Numbered from the stretch's first letter, positions 26,701 through 37,587 are shown. The stretch: 64,000 bases of DNA from Planctomycetota bacterium (GCA_965228735.1 OZ245838.1:3008001-3072000); one strand, 5' to 3'. Numbers and translations: made by a program. The notes: generated by a model from the letters alone, not told the origin.

Positions 26701-28303
26701 CGCAGCCACGGAACCGACGACCGAAGCGGAACCGCACGCGCCCGAAGACGGCGCAGCGGCCGCCGGCGCCGGCAGCGACGAGCGGCGGCTGCATCCGTTC
26801 TCGTGGCTGTTCGTGCTCATCACCCGACTGCGGCCGTTCGTCCTCCCGGCGCTCGTGCTGCTGTTCGTCGGGCGCGGTTCGAGCTGGGAGCTCTGGGGCG
26901 CGCTCGGCGCCGTTCTGTTCGCGATCTACGCGCTGATCTACGCCTTCGGGTTCCGCTACCGCATCGCCGGCGAAGAGCTCATCGTGCGCGAGGGCGTGAT
27001 CTTCCGCACCGTGCGCCACGTGCCGTTCCAACGCGTCCAGAGCGTGGTGCAACGCCGCAACGCGCTGCATCGGATCTTCGGCGTGACGGAGCTGCGGCTC
27101 GAGTCCGCGGGCGGCACCAGGCCCGAGGCCGTGATGAACGTGATCACCGCGGCCGAGGCCGACCGCCTCGAACACCTGCTGCGATCCGGCGAACGCCGAG
27201 CGAGCGCCCGCAGCAACCTCGAGTCCGATGCCGACGCGGCCGCCGGCGACGGCGAGTCGGCCACGGCAGACGAGCGCGCGCCCGAAGTGCTGCAGCGCCT
27301 GACCGCCGGCGAAACCCTGCGACTCGGCCTCATCAGCAACCGGGGCTGGATCATCGTCGGCATGCTCGTCGGCCTCTACTGGCAGTTCGGCCCCGAGGAC
27401 GGCGAGATCTTCGAGTTCGTCAAGGACACGATCGGCGACCTGTTCAGCATCTGGGGCAACGACCAGTGGAGCGCGCTCGCCGGGCTCGGGCTGCTCGTGC
27501 CCGCGATCATCGCGTTCGGCCTCGTCCTCAAGCCCTTGTCGATGGTGATGACGTGGCTGCTGTTCCACGACTTCACGCTCACGCGCGACCACGGCCGACT
27601 CGCGAGCGTCGCCGGTCTGCTGACGCGCCGATCGGCCAGCGCCCGCGCGGAACGGATCCAACGCCTCACGGTGCGCGAGCCGCTGAGCGCGCGGCTGCTG
27701 CGCCGCCGCATGCTCGCATGCGATGTTGCCGTGCAACGCAGCGAGGGTGGCGACAACGACGAGATGAGCCGTCTGCACTGGCTCGCCCCGATCGCGACGC
27801 CCGCGGCGACCGGCGAGCTGATCCGGGAGCTGTCACCGGATCTCGCGCTGACGGAGCGTGACTGGCGACCGCTGCACCCGGCTGCGTGGCGGCGCGTGTT
27901 CAAGCGCTTCGTGCTGCTCGCGCTGATCGTCGGTGTGCCGCTGTGGCTGCCGCTGCGCGAGCTCACCGTCGTCCCGGTGATCGCGATCCTGGTCTACGGC
28001 TGGTTCCACGCGAGGGGCTGGGCGAGGTTCGCGGCGTGGTCCTTCGACGGGCGCACGTTCGCGTTCCGCGCCGGCTTCCTCATGCGCCAGTGGACCATCG
28101 CCCGCCTCGCGGACGGCCACGCCGTCGTGCTCGGCGAGACGCCGTTCGATCGCCGTCGCGAGATGGCGTCGGTGCGACTCACGACCCAGGGGGCGTCACG
28201 CGTCGGGTTCGGCCTGCGCGTGCCCTACCTGCCGGTCGGCGACGCCCGCACGCTCGCGCAGGAGCTGCAGGCCCGGGTCGCCGACGCTCGCGGTGAGCCA
28301 TAG
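26693..28303 (+). CDS. Multi-PH-domain membrane protein (YdbT-like)
   Basis: 'RRLHPFSW', 'VREGVIFRTVRHVPFQRVQSV...HRIFGVTELRLESAGG'; follows the YdbS-like gene. Confidence 0.85.
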   Translation: MRDAATEPTTEAEPHAPEDGAAAAGAGSDERRLHPFSWLFVLITRLRPFVLPALVLLFVGRGSSWELWGALGAVLFAIYALIYAFGFRYRIAGEELIVREGVIFRTVRHVPFQRVQSVVQRRNALHRIFGVTELRLESAGGTRPEAVMNVITAAEADRLEHLLRSGERRASARSNLESDADAAAGDGESATADERAPEVLQRLTAGETLRLGLISNRGWIIVGMLVGLYWQFGPEDGEIFEFVKDTIGDLFSIWGNDQWSALAGLGLLVPAIIAFGLVLKPLSMVMTWLLFHDFTLTRDHGRLASVAGLLTRRSASARAERIQRLTVREPLSARLLRRRMLACDVAVQRSEGGDNDEMSRLHWLAPIATPAATGELIRELSPDLALTERDWRPLHPAAWRRVFKRFVLLALIVGVPLWLPLRELTVVPVIAILVYGWFHARGWARFAAWSFDGRTFAFRAGFLMRQWTIARLADGHAVVLGETPFDRRREMASVRLTTQGASRVGFGLRVPYLPVGDARTLAQELQARVADARGEP

Positions 28304-28329
28304 TCGCGCACCGCACTGGCCAACTCTCC

Positions 28330-28357
28330 ATGGTGTAGAGGGGCCCCTCTACACCAT
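28330..28357. repeat. Perfect 28-bp palindrome between convergent genes
   Basis: ATGGTGTAGAGGGG|CCCCTCTACACCAT; overlaps the radical SAM stop codon. Confidence 0.85.
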
Positions 28358-29500
28358 CTTGCCGTCGTTCTCGTTCGCGTCGGCGCTCGCAGCCGGCTGC
28401 CGCAGCCACTGCTTGTCGAAGTGTGAGTTCGCGACCAGGATGTCGCAGGTTCTGCAGACTTCGGGGTAGTCCCGATCGTTCATCCGGCGACGGAACTCGC
28501 GATACTTCTCGCCATTCCAGATCTCGGCCATCGACTGGTCGTTGACGTTGCCCATGAGCAGCTCGCGCGGGCCGCGGCAACACGGGAACACCTCGCCGCT
28601 GGGCTCGATCTTGACGTAGCTGGTGGCCATCGAGCAGAAGTGCGGGAAGCGCTCGCGCACCTCCTCGAGCATGACCGAGAGGATCTCGGGCGAGATCTCG
28701 CGGACCATCGGCGCTTGCATCGCGACGTTCCGCCGATACGGGTCGTCCATATCGACGTGGAAGATCATCCCGCGCTCGCGCGCGCGGTCGCACGCCCGGT
28801 CGATGTGCGCGATGATCTGCTCCTCGGTGTAGGCGGCGAACACGTTCTGGTCGCGGCAGCGCTCGGCGTTGTCGAGCATCGGCTGGATGCGCAGGTCGGA
28901 GCGCGATTCGACGGCGCCCAGATCGGCGAGGAAGTCGACGAGCTCGTCGAGGTGCTCGACGTTGTCCTTGACGAGAACGGCGACGAAACCAACCGGGATC
29001 CCGAGCTCGGCCGCGGCCGCGACGATCTCCTTCATGTTCGCGACGACCGTGTCGAAGTCGGCGCGGTCGCGCAACATCTCCAGGACTTCCTTCCTCGGGC
29101 TGTCGAACGAGATCCACAGCTTGTGCACGCGGTCGGCCATGTCACGGAACGCCTTGCCGTCGAGCAGCGTCGCGTTCGAGTACATGTTGAGGTAGACCTC
29201 GTGTTCGCGGCACTTCTGCAGCACCATCTTGAAGTTCGCGAGCATCGGCTCCGACAACGCGGACGGGGTCCACACCGACATCGTCGGCAGGATCTCGTCG
29301 AGCAGCTGCACCGCGTCGGCCGTCTTCATCACCTGGACCGGCAGGCCGTCGGCCTGCGCGCACATGATGCAGCGCAGGTTGCAGACGTTGTTGGGCGCGA
29401 ACTCGAGCCACGCCGGCTGTGCCGACCATTCTTCCGTGCGCGTCGCGAGGTCCGCGATCACGGAGTAATAGTTGCGGAGTTCGCGGGCGATTTTGGTCAT
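28349..29500 (-). CDS. Radical SAM protein with SPASM/Twitch domain
   Basis: CNLRCIMC; C-terminal 'FCSMATSYVKIEPSGEVFPCC...MGNVNDQSMAEIWNG...CRTC'. Confidence 0.9.
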   Translation of the reverse strand: MTKIARELRNYYSVIADLATRTEEWSAQPAWLEFAPNNVCNLRCIMCAQADGLPVQVMKTADAVQLLDEILPTMSVWTPSALSEPMLANFKMVLQKCREHEVYLNMYSNATLLDGKAFRDMADRVHKLWISFDSPRKEVLEMLRDRADFDTVVANMKEIVAAAAELGIPVGFVAVLVKDNVEHLDELVDFLADLGAVESRSDLRIQPMLDNAERCRDQNVFAAYTEEQIIAHIDRACDRARERGMIFHVDMDDPYRRNVAMQAPMVREISPEILSVMLEEVRERFPHFCSMATSYVKIEPSGEVFPCCRGPRELLMGNVNDQSMAEIWNGEKYREFRRRMNDRDYPEVCRTCDILVANSHFDKQWLRQPAASADANENDGKMV

Positions 29501-29874
29501 GAACGGTCGGAGGCGGATTGGCAGTCGGGGCGCGGTCGAACCGACGCCCGCTGATGCGAGCCTACGACACCCGATCGGCATCGACGACCCTCACTCTTCG
29601 GCTCGCTACAGCCGGTTCGTCGCGCGAACGCGGCAAAGGTCGATCGCACCGCGTGATCCGTCCGCCGGTCCGGCCCAAAGGCGCGCGCGGCTCCGCCAGA
29701 ATCACGAACCCGTGAACACGGCCCGCCGCAATCCTCGCGAAACTACTTCACCGCCAACCGGATTTCTGCCCTCGTCGGGCGCCGTTCCTGAGGGAGAATG
29801 CTTCCCCGGTTTTGCGATCTCCCGCCACGTTCAGGCGTTCGGCAAGACCGGATGATCTGCCCCTCCAGACTCTC

Positions 29875-31599
29875 ATGCGAATCAAGACGCTCCTCGCGGC
29901 CGGCCTGCTGGCCGCCACCGCCACCTCCCAGGACTGCCTCTTCTCCGGCAACACCCCGCCGGGCACCGATCTCATGCTCGGCGACGACCAGACGGTCACG
30001 CTGCCGCTGCCCTTCTCGTTGCCGTGGAACGGCGGCACGGTCGACGCCATCTCGATCTGCTCCAACGGCTACGTCTGGCTCGGCGTCGAGACCAGCGTCG
30101 ATTGGTCGGACTCGGAAGCCGAGTTCCTGTCCCAGGGCCCGCGCCTCGCGCCGTGCTGGGACGACCTCAACCCGTCTGCTGGCGGTGCGGTCTACTACAA
30201 CGAGACCGCGACGCAGGTCTCGGTCGTCTGGCAGGACGTGCCGTACTTCGGCCAGACCACCAACCTCGCGAACATGGAGCTCGTGATCTCCATCAGCGGC
30301 ACGATCTACTTCCACTACGGCGCGAACCACTCCGTCCACACGAGCTCGGCCATCACCGGCATCACGGTCGGTGGCGGCGCCACGCCGAACGCGCTCGACA
30401 TCTCGGGCAACCCGGCGATCGTCGGCGCGACCGGCTACGAGCTGTTCGCCGGTGGAGCGTTCGACCTGAGCGGGCTCACCCTCGCGCTCACGCCGACGAC
30501 CGCCACCGACTACCAGGTCAGCCAGACGAGCTTGCCAGGCTGCCCGGCGACGCAGGGCCCGAACCTCACCCCCGCCGCCAGCACGACGTTCGGCATGGGC
30601 TGCCCGTCCGCCGGCACGGTCCCGACCGGCAACTGGTACGAAGAGTTCTCGGCCTCGACGCTCGACGTCAACAACCAGAGCTACCTCTACGTCTACGCCG
30701 GCACGACCTACGTGATGGTCCCGGGCGGCGGTTGGGACACCAACTTCGGCACGCCGGTCACCCTCGGTGACGACACCCAGGTCAACGTCTCCCTCGCGGG
30801 GATGGGTGGCCTGCCGTTCCTCGGCCAGACGCTGCAGTCGATCGACATGTGCTCGAACGGCTTCTTCTGGATGGCCCCCAACACCAGCAACGACTTCTCG
30901 CCGACCGCGCAGGAGTTCGCCGACCAGGGTCCGCGCATCGCGCCGTGCTGGATGGACCTCAGCCCCAACAACGGCGGCACGGTCTACTGGAACGAGACCC
31001 CGGCCTACTGCATGGGCACGTGGGAGAACGTCCCGTCGTACGGCAACCCCGGCACGTCGGCCAACACGTTCCAGATCAAGTTCTTCCCGGACGGCAGCGT
31101 CGAGGTCAACTACATGACCGTCGACAACAACGCGACGCTCGCCGACGAGGCGATCATCGGCTTCAGCTCGGGCGTCGGCCAGCCGACGCCACCGGTGGAC
31201 GTGTCGATGTTCGTCGGCGGCGCGTTCGACATCGCGCCGCCGCCGGTGCCGCTCACCCACACCCCGGACACGGACCCCGTCATCGGCACGAGCTACGATC
31301 TCACGACGGTGGACGCGCCGATCGGCAGCGTCTTCGGCGCGACGTTCGTCGGCTTCAACCAGCTGAACATCCCGCTGGGCGGCCTCGGCGCGCCGAACTG
31401 CACGCAGTACGCGGAGAACCTGGCCGTGTTCCTCTCGGTCCTCAACGGTTCGACGACGTTCACGCACTCGCTCCCGGTGCCGTTCTCGCTCGACTTCATC
31501 GGCGTGACGTTCATCTCGCAGGGTGCGGTCTACGAGCCGAGCCTCAACCCGCTCGGCGTCGCGTCCAGCAACGGCGCGACGGGCACGATCGGCACCTAG
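29875..31599 (+). CDS. Secreted protein with two nidogen(NIDO)-like repeats and a C-terminal beta-rich domain
   Basis: Signal peptide; duplicated 'LGDD...CSNG..W...EF..QGPR.APCW.DL.P..GG.VY.NET'. Confidence 0.75.
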   Translation: MRIKTLLAAGLLAATATSQDCLFSGNTPPGTDLMLGDDQTVTLPLPFSLPWNGGTVDAISICSNGYVWLGVETSVDWSDSEAEFLSQGPRLAPCWDDLNPSAGGAVYYNETATQVSVVWQDVPYFGQTTNLANMELVISISGTIYFHYGANHSVHTSSAITGITVGGGATPNALDISGNPAIVGATGYELFAGGAFDLSGLTLALTPTTATDYQVSQTSLPGCPATQGPNLTPAASTTFGMGCPSAGTVPTGNWYEEFSASTLDVNNQSYLYVYAGTTYVMVPGGGWDTNFGTPVTLGDDTQVNVSLAGMGGLPFLGQTLQSIDMCSNGFFWMAPNTSNDFSPTAQEFADQGPRIAPCWMDLSPNNGGTVYWNETPAYCMGTWENVPSYGNPGTSANTFQIKFFPDGSVEVNYMTVDNNATLADEAIIGFSSGVGQPTPPVDVSMFVGGAFDIAPPPVPLTHTPDTDPVIGTSYDLTTVDAPIGSVFGATFVGFNQLNIPLGGLGAPNCTQYAENLAVFLSVLNGSTTFTHSLPVPFSLDFIGVTFISQGAVYEPSLNPLGVASSNGATGTIGT

Positions 31600-31691
31600 G
31601 CCAGCAGTCAGCCCGAGCAGCCGCGATCCTGCCGCGGCGCGCCATACCATCTGGCCCATCGCGGCTACGTCGGCGGTATGGTCGCGCCACG

Positions 31692-32558
31692 ATGCGCAAC
31701 GAATCGACGCAGGATCCCGGCGGCCGCCCCGCCGTTCGGCTGCAGGCCGACGGCACCGGCGATGACGTCGTCATCGCCGCGACCGGCGCGCAGGTGCTGC
31801 GATGGCACCGCCGCGGCCGCGACGTCCTCTGGACCGCGAGCGCGCCGGCCTTCGATCCAGGCAAGCCCGTGCGCGGCGGCGTGCCGATCGTGTTCCCCTG
31901 GTTCGGCGACCACCGGAGCGATCCGGATCTGCCGGCCCATGGCTTCGTTCGCAACCGCGACTGGCAACGCGAACCGCTCGATCCGGACTCGGCAGCCGCG
32001 ACGTTCACGCTGACGGACGACGTGGAGAGTCGAGCCATGTGGCCGTTCGCGTTCGCCGCGACCTTTCGCGTCGTGCTCGACCCGGAAGCCGGCCTGCACC
32101 TCACGTTCGCCGTCGAGAACCGCAGCGCCGAGCGGATGCCTTGCGAGGTCGCGCTGCACACCTACTACGCCGTCGGGGACATTCATACCGCGAGCGTCGA
32201 CGGGCTGCAGGGGGTCCGCTTCGTCGAACACGCCCGCGAACCCGAAGGCGACTGGGACCACGACGCGCCGCTCCGCTTCCGTGCCGAGACGGACCGCGTC
32301 TTCCAGGACGTGCCAGACCAACTCGTCATCGACGCGCCGGCACTCTCGCGGCGACTCACCCTGACGACGACGAACGCGCGGTCGGCGATCGTCTGGAACC
32401 CCTGGCCGAACAAGACCGCCCGACTATCGCAGATGGCACCCGACGACTGGCAGCGTTTCGCCTGCGTCGAATCGGCGAACGTGCACGACAACGCGCTCGA
32501 GCTCGCCCCGGGCGAACGTCACGAGCTCACCCTCGCGATCCGCTGCGACGAGGTATGA
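31692..32558 (+). CDS. D-hexose-6-phosphate mutarotase / aldose 1-epimerase family (YeaD-like)
   Basis: 'GAQVLRW...[13 protein letters not shown]...HGFVRN...ALHTYY...IVWNPW...FACVE'. Confidence 0.9.
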   Translation: MRNESTQDPGGRPAVRLQADGTGDDVVIAATGAQVLRWHRRGRDVLWTASAPAFDPGKPVRGGVPIVFPWFGDHRSDPDLPAHGFVRNRDWQREPLDPDSAAATFTLTDDVESRAMWPFAFAATFRVVLDPEAGLHLTFAVENRSAERMPCEVALHTYYAVGDIHTASVDGLQGVRFVEHAREPEGDWDHDAPLRFRAETDRVFQDVPDQLVIDAPALSRRLTLTTTNARSAIVWNPWPNKTARLSQMAPDDWQRFACVESANVHDNALELAPGERHELTLAIRCDEV

Positions 32559-32559
32559 C

Positions 32560-32952
32560 CTACCGCCAGCGCAGGACCGCAGCCTGCACCGTCCGATCGA
32601 CCGAGATCGATTCACATTCGCCCCCGCTCTCCAGCACCAGGCTCCCGCCGAGCAGGAGGATCGCGTCACCGCCGAGGCGCCGGGCCTCGCCCTTCATCGC
32701 CTCGACGATGTCGGCGAACGACATGAAGTCCGAGCCCTCTCCGACTACGCGACCGATGCGGTCATAGCCACGCTCTGGCGGCTCGTCCGGTTCGAAGACG
32801 AGGATCGGGTGACCGAGCGGTCGGCCCGGGAACACCTCCGCGCCGAGCCGCACGGCGGACGCCGAGACGCAGCCGCCGAGCGACGCGGGCAGCGCGCAGA
32901 ACAGGGCGGCACCGAGCGCGATGTCACGGCGACGAGACAGGTGGAGCGACAT
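32560..32952 (-). CDS. Hypothetical lipoprotein (YbjQ-like fold possible)
   Basis: Lipobox-like 'SLGGC'; 'YDRIGRV...[14 protein letters not shown]'. Confidence 0.55.
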   Translation of the reverse strand: MSLHLSRRRDIALGAALFCALPASLGGCVSASAVRLGAEVFPGRPLGHPILVFEPDEPPERGYDRIGRVVGEGSDFMSFADIVEAMKGEARRLGGDAILLLGGSLVLESGGECESISVDRTVQAAVLRWR

Positions 32953-33024
32953 GACCGCCCAGGAGCAAAGCGCATGCCGCAAGGGCCGGGAGAAACGCAC
33001 CGAACCCGGTATGGTCATCCGCTC

Positions 33025-34938
33025 ATGCCCAGCCCCTGCAGCACTCCGGATGCGAGCGCCTTCCTGCCGACGACGGCGGCCGCGATGCGCGCGCGCGGCT
33101 GGGACGCGGTCGACGTCGTGTTCGTCTCGGGCGATGCCTACATCGACCATCCGTCGTTCGCGATGGCGCTGCTCGGCCGCGTCCTCGAGGCCGAGGGCTT
33201 CCGCGTCGCGATCCTGAGCCAGCCGGACTGGCAGACGGCCGATGCGTTCCGCGAGTTCGGCCAGCCGCGCGTCTGCTTCGCGGTGAGCGCCGGGAACATG
33301 GACTCGATGATCAACCACTACACGGCGAACAAGAAGCGGCGCAACGAGGACGCCTATTCGCCGGGTGGCGCGATCGGCCGGCGGCCGGACCGCGCGACGA
33401 ACGTCTACGCGCAGCGCTGCCGCGAGGCGTTCAAGGGCGTGCCCGTGATCGCCGGCGGCGTCGAGGCATCGCTGCGGCGCATCGCGCACTTCGACTACTG
33501 GTCCGAGACCGTCCGCCCGAGCATCCTCCTGACGTGCAAGGCCGACCTGCTCGGCTTCGGCATGGGCGAGCGCGTGCTGACCGAGATCGTGCGACGGCTC
33601 GCGGACGGCCGTGGTGTCGAGAGCTGCCGCGATCTGCGCGGCGTCGCCTACCTGCTCGGCAGCAAGGAGGCGGTGCCGGACCACCGCTTCGACGACGCCG
33701 CGTGCGACAACCGCACGGTCGAGCTCCCGAGCTTCGAGGCCGTCAAGACCGACAAGCGCGCGTTCGCCGAGGCGACGCGGCTGCTGCATCACGAGACCAA
33801 TCCGCTCAACGGCCGGCGGCTCACGCAGCGCCACGGCGACCGCACGCTCGTCGTCAACCCGCCCGCGCTCGCTCTCAGTGAGGGCGAGCTCGACACCATC
33901 TACGACCTGCCCTACGTGCGGCGACCGCACCCGAGCTACGACCGCCCGGTGCCGGCGCACACGATGATCAAGGATTCGATCACGACGATGCGCGGCTGCT
34001 TCGGCGGGTGCACGTTCTGCTCGATCACGATGCACCAGGGTCGCGCGATCCAGAGCCGGAGCGAGGCGTCGATCCTGCGGGAGGTGCAGCAGCTCGCGAG
34101 CGATCCCGACTTCAAGGGCGCGATCAGCGACGTCGGCGGGCCGACCGCCAACATGTATCGGATGCGCTGCACGCGCCCGGAGATCGAAGCGAAGTGTCGG
34201 CGGCTGTCATGCGTTCATCCGACGGTCTGCAAGCTGCTCGGCACCGACCACGGCCCCACGAAGAAGCTGCTGAAGCAGGTGCGCGAGACGCAGGGCATCA
34301 AGAGCGTGCGCGTCGCGAGCGGCATCCGCATGGACCTCGCCCGCCTCGACGAGGAGTACGTCGAGGACATGGCGCGCCACCACGTCGGCGGCCAGCTCAA
34401 GGTCGCGCCGGAGCACAACAGCAGGAAGGTGCTGGAGCTCATGAAGAAGCCGGCCCACCACACGTTCGACGAGTTCGCGGACAAGTTCGCGGCGGCGAGC
34501 AAGCGGGCAGGCAAGGAGCAGTACCTCGTGCCCTACTTCATCGCATCCCACCCGGGCTGCGGCGTCGAGGAGATGATCGAGCTCGCGGTGTTTCTCAAGC
34601 AGCGCGGCTACCGCCCGCGGCAGGTGCAGGACTTCATCCCGGCACCCATGGACATCGCGACGTGCATGTACTGGACCGGCCTCGACCCGACGACGATGCA
34701 GGAGGTCGAGACCGTGAAGAAGCTCAAGGACCGCGAGGTCCAGCGCGCGCTGATGCAGTACTTCAAGCCGGAGAACTGGTTCGCCGTCCGCAAGGCGCTC
34801 GTCGACGCGGGGCGTCAGGACCTGATCGGCAGCGGCCCGCAGTGCCTGATCCCGAACGATCCGCCGAAGGCCGCGCTCGCGGCGCGGCGCGAGGGGGCGA
34901 ACGATCCGCGGCGCCGCCGGGGCCGGGAACCGCGATGA
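33025..34938 (+). CDS. ygiQ: YgiQ family radical SAM protein
   Basis: '[10 protein letters not shown]', '[11 protein letters not shown]', '[10 protein letters not shown]', '[10 protein letters not shown]'. Confidence 0.93.
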   Translation: MPSPCSTPDASAFLPTTAAAMRARGWDAVDVVFVSGDAYIDHPSFAMALLGRVLEAEGFRVAILSQPDWQTADAFREFGQPRVCFAVSAGNMDSMINHYTANKKRRNEDAYSPGGAIGRRPDRATNVYAQRCREAFKGVPVIAGGVEASLRRIAHFDYWSETVRPSILLTCKADLLGFGMGERVLTEIVRRLADGRGVESCRDLRGVAYLLGSKEAVPDHRFDDAACDNRTVELPSFEAVKTDKRAFAEATRLLHHETNPLNGRRLTQRHGDRTLVVNPPALALSEGELDTIYDLPYVRRPHPSYDRPVPAHTMIKDSITTMRGCFGGCTFCSITMHQGRAIQSRSEASILREVQQLASDPDFKGAISDVGGPTANMYRMRCTRPEIEAKCRRLSCVHPTVCKLLGTDHGPTKKLLKQVRETQGIKSVRVASGIRMDLARLDEEYVEDMARHHVGGQLKVAPEHNSRKVLELMKKPAHHTFDEFADKFAAASKRAGKEQYLVPYFIASHPGCGVEEMIELAVFLKQRGYRPRQVQDFIPAPMDIATCMYWTGLDPTTMQEVETVKKLKDREVQRALMQYFKPENWFAVRKALVDAGRQDLIGSGPQCLIPNDPPKAALAARREGANDPRRRRGREPR

Positions 34939-34941
34939 ACG

Positions 34942-36000
34942 CTACACCGTGACGCCGATCGCGCCGTTGTAGACGAAGTGCATCAGCATGCACGGCAGCA
35001 GGCTCTTGCTGCGTTCGCGGAGGAAGCACAGGTAGAAGCCGATGCCGACGTGGAAGGGCAGCGCGAGGGTGACCCCGTGCGCCAACCCGAACGCAGCGCC
35101 CGTGACGACGATGCCGATGTAGCGCCCGAGCAGGGCGCAGAACCGCCCCTGAACGGCGCCACGAAACGCGATCTCCTCGAACACGGCCGGGGTGAACGCG
35201 AGCACGAACAGGAACCACCCGTAGCCGAGTCGATCCCGCAGCTGCGCGTACATCGAGCCGGCTTCGCCGTCCTCGAGCTCGAACAGCTCCTCGATCAACT
35301 CCCCGTAGCCCATCGCCAGCAGGTAGACGATCGCCGCGACGGCCACCGCTTCGATGAAGTAGACGAGGTGCGCCCGCCGAAAGCCGGTGAACGCGTACGG
35401 ACTCGACAAGGCAGCGATCAGCACGACCGCGACCCCGGTGACGAGCGACGCGAACGGCATCGCGAGGGCCTGCGCTTCGCCCTCGAGCGACAAACTGATG
35501 GCGAGCTGCGGCAGCAGGAACGCGCACATCATCAGCGCAAGCTCGAGGATCGCCGCGTTGGTCCACTTCTGCTTCGTCTCGACGGTGCCGTGCTGCACCG
35601 TGCCCGGCGCCATCGCGGCGGCGACCGGCATCTGCCGCGCGCTCGTCTCGCCCGCCTTGACCGGGATCTCCAGCCGCCCCTGGTCGTCCCGCGTCACCTT
35701 CGGGGTCGGCAACCGCGCGTCGCCGCCGTCGTCGAACACCTGGAACGCGCGCGGGTCGGCGACCTCGCGCTTCGGCACCTGCACGTAGACACCGCACGAG
35801 CACCGCAGCTTGAACCCCGCCATGTCGGGATGCACGCGCCACGGCGCGCCGCAGCCGCTGCACCGGGCCGCGATCGCGGTCTCGGGATCGAGCGGCTCGT
35901 TCGGGGGCCACTGCCGCACGACGGGTAGATCACTGCGCGGCTGCTCGTCCGCGCTGCGGTCGACTTCGTCGCCGTCGTCTACCGCATCCTCGCCCGTCAT
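34942..36000 (-). CDS. CPBP (Abi/CAAX type II) intramembrane metalloprotease with N-terminal Zn-ribbon
   Basis: 'PAVFEEIAFRG', 'FGLAH', 'HFVYN'; N-terminal CSGC...CSC. Confidence 0.9.
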   Translation of the reverse strand: MTGEDAVDDGDEVDRSADEQPRSDLPVVRQWPPNEPLDPETAIAARCSGCGAPWRVHPDMAGFKLRCSCGVYVQVPKREVADPRAFQVFDDGGDARLPTPKVTRDDQGRLEIPVKAGETSARQMPVAAAMAPGTVQHGTVETKQKWTNAAILELALMMCAFLLPQLAISLSLEGEAQALAMPFASLVTGVAVVLIAALSSPYAFTGFRRAHLVYFIEAVAVAAIVYLLAMGYGELIEELFELEDGEAGSMYAQLRDRLGYGWFLFVLAFTPAVFEEIAFRGAVQGRFCALLGRYIGIVVTGAAFGLAHGVTLALPFHVGIGFYLCFLRERSKSLLPCMLMHFVYNGAIGVTV

Positions 36001-36004
36001 CGCC

Positions 36005-37018
36005 TCAGTTCTTCTTCTTCTCGTACTTCGTCATGCTGAGGGCCAGCTGGCTCGCGGTCATGCGACCCGGCAGCTCCTCGACGACCGTCGTGTTGGCGTC
36101 GGTGACGAACGGCCGCAGGCTCACGCTGGTCTGCGCGAGCACGTTGTCGTCCGCGTCGCGCAGCTGCAGCCAGACGTCCTGGCCCTCGCGCACCATCGTA
36201 TCGCGCAGCTTGTCGGCCTCGGTCACGTTGCCCGCCTCGCGCCCGTCCCACTCGGCGCTCGTCTTCGGATAGTCGGCGCCGCGGCGCAGCGTGACCTCGT
36301 AGGCACCCCAGTGGTTCTCGAGTTCGACGTCGAGCAGCCCGTCGAACGGTCCGAGCTCGACCCTGACGCCCGCGGCGTTGGCCGCGAGCAGCGCATCGAC
36401 GAGGCCCGACCGCCACGCCATGAGGCCGAACGCGACGATCAACAGCGGAATCGCCAGCACGACCTCCTTGCGCCTGAGCATGGACTGCCATGGCGGCGCA
36501 GCCTGGATCTCGTCGGGCTTGTCCCCCGCCGTCACGGGGCGCATCCGAGTCAGCGTGTCGACCCCATCACCGGCCGGCGGCGGCGCGACTGCGCGGAACA
36601 GGGTCTCCGCGACCTCGCTGTCGAACACCATCGTGCAGCGCAGCGTCGATTCGACGGCGCCCTTCGTCGCCGCGGCGATCGCCTGCAGCTGCCCGAGCAT
36701 CTCGGCCTGGGCGTCGGCATCGAAGCGCGAACCCGGCACGCGCTCGTTGGCCGGCAGCAGCGAGTACTTGCCGCCGTCCTGTTCGAGCGAGAACTCGCAG
36801 ACGCCGATCTTGTTGAGCCTGGCCACGGCCCGCGCGATGGCGGGACCGTCCTTCACCCGGCCGTCGAGGATGCCGTCGATCGTCACCCACTCCGGCGGGC
36901 CCGCGGGCATCGTCGGCTGCGCGTCGTCGTTGCTTCGACCTTCGCCGCTGCCGTTGCCGCTGCCGCTGCCGCTGCCGGCATCGCCATGACCGCTGTTGTC
37001 GTCGTCGTTGGTCATCAC
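36005..37018 (-). CDS. Hypothetical single-pass membrane protein
   Basis: Coupled to the upstream gene; central TM 'VVLAIPLLIVAFGLMAW'; low-complexity G/S/D N-terminus. Confidence 0.7.
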   Translation of the reverse strand: MMTNDDDNSGHGDAGSGSGSGNGSGEGRSNDDAQPTMPAGPPEWVTIDGILDGRVKDGPAIARAVARLNKIGVCEFSLEQDGGKYSLLPANERVPGSRFDADAQAEMLGQLQAIAAATKGAVESTLRCTMVFDSEVAETLFRAVAPPPAGDGVDTLTRMRPVTAGDKPDEIQAAPPWQSMLRRKEVVLAIPLLIVAFGLMAWRSGLVDALLAANAAGVRVELGPFDGLLDVELENHWGAYEVTLRRGADYPKTSAEWDGREAGNVTEADKLRDTMVREGQDVWLQLRDADDNVLAQTSVSLRPFVTDANTTVVEELPGRMTASQLALSMTKYEKKKN

Positions 37019-37581
37019 GCCTCACCCAGCTGTTCGCCGACCTCGCCGATCGACACCCAGTCCGTCATGCCTTCGCACCAGACGAGGGTCGAATCCGGAA
37101 TCTCCTCGTCGAGCCACATCGTGCGCAACGCCGCACTCGACACCGGCCCGGAGCGCTCGCCGTCGACCGCATAGAACCACTCGCGCGCGGGCTGCGGCGG
37201 CGCGGACGCGTGCTCCGGCAGCGGCGGGGGCGGCGGCGCGTCGCCGGGCAGCTCGGCGGCAGTCGTGTCGAGCCCGAGCGCGCGGTCGTGCACACCGAGC
37301 CGCTGGCCGTGCGCCTGGTGCCGCTGGTCGGAGATCTGCCGTTCCTTCTTGAGCTGCTCGCGCAGCTTGCGAGCCTCGTCGCGGTGACGCCGCTCCTTCT
37401 CGGCCTCCTTCTTCAGGTCCGGAATCAGCAGCAGGATGATGATGCCGAGACAGCCCGCGAGGAAGCCGATGAAGAACCAGCCGACGCCGCTGCGGCCGCG
37501 CGACGGCGCGATCACCGCGCACACGATGCCGAAAACCGCTCCGACGATCAGGTTGATGATGATGAATGCGCCGTCGTCCAT
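37015..37581 (-). CDS. Membrane protein with coiled coil and C-terminal GYF_2 (DUF4339) domain, paralog 2
   Basis: 'WFYAVDGERSGPVS...TLVWCEGMTDW'; N-terminal TMs 'IAPSRGRSGVGWFFIG'. Confidence 0.85.
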   Translation of the reverse strand: MDDGAFIIINLIVGAVFGIVCAVIAPSRGRSGVGWFFIGFLAGCLGIIILLLIPDLKKEAEKERRHRDEARKLREQLKKERQISDQRHQAHGQRLGVHDRALGLDTTAAELPGDAPPPPPLPEHASAPPQPAREWFYAVDGERSGPVSSAALRTMWLDEEIPDSTLVWCEGMTDWVSIGEVGEQLGEA

Positions 37582-37587
37582 TGCGTG

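Noticed and set aside
29518..29715. Small ORFs beside the radical SAM gene as a RiPP precursor
   Set aside because: No RBS, no leader/core pattern, and a composition typical of spurious GC-rich ORFs.
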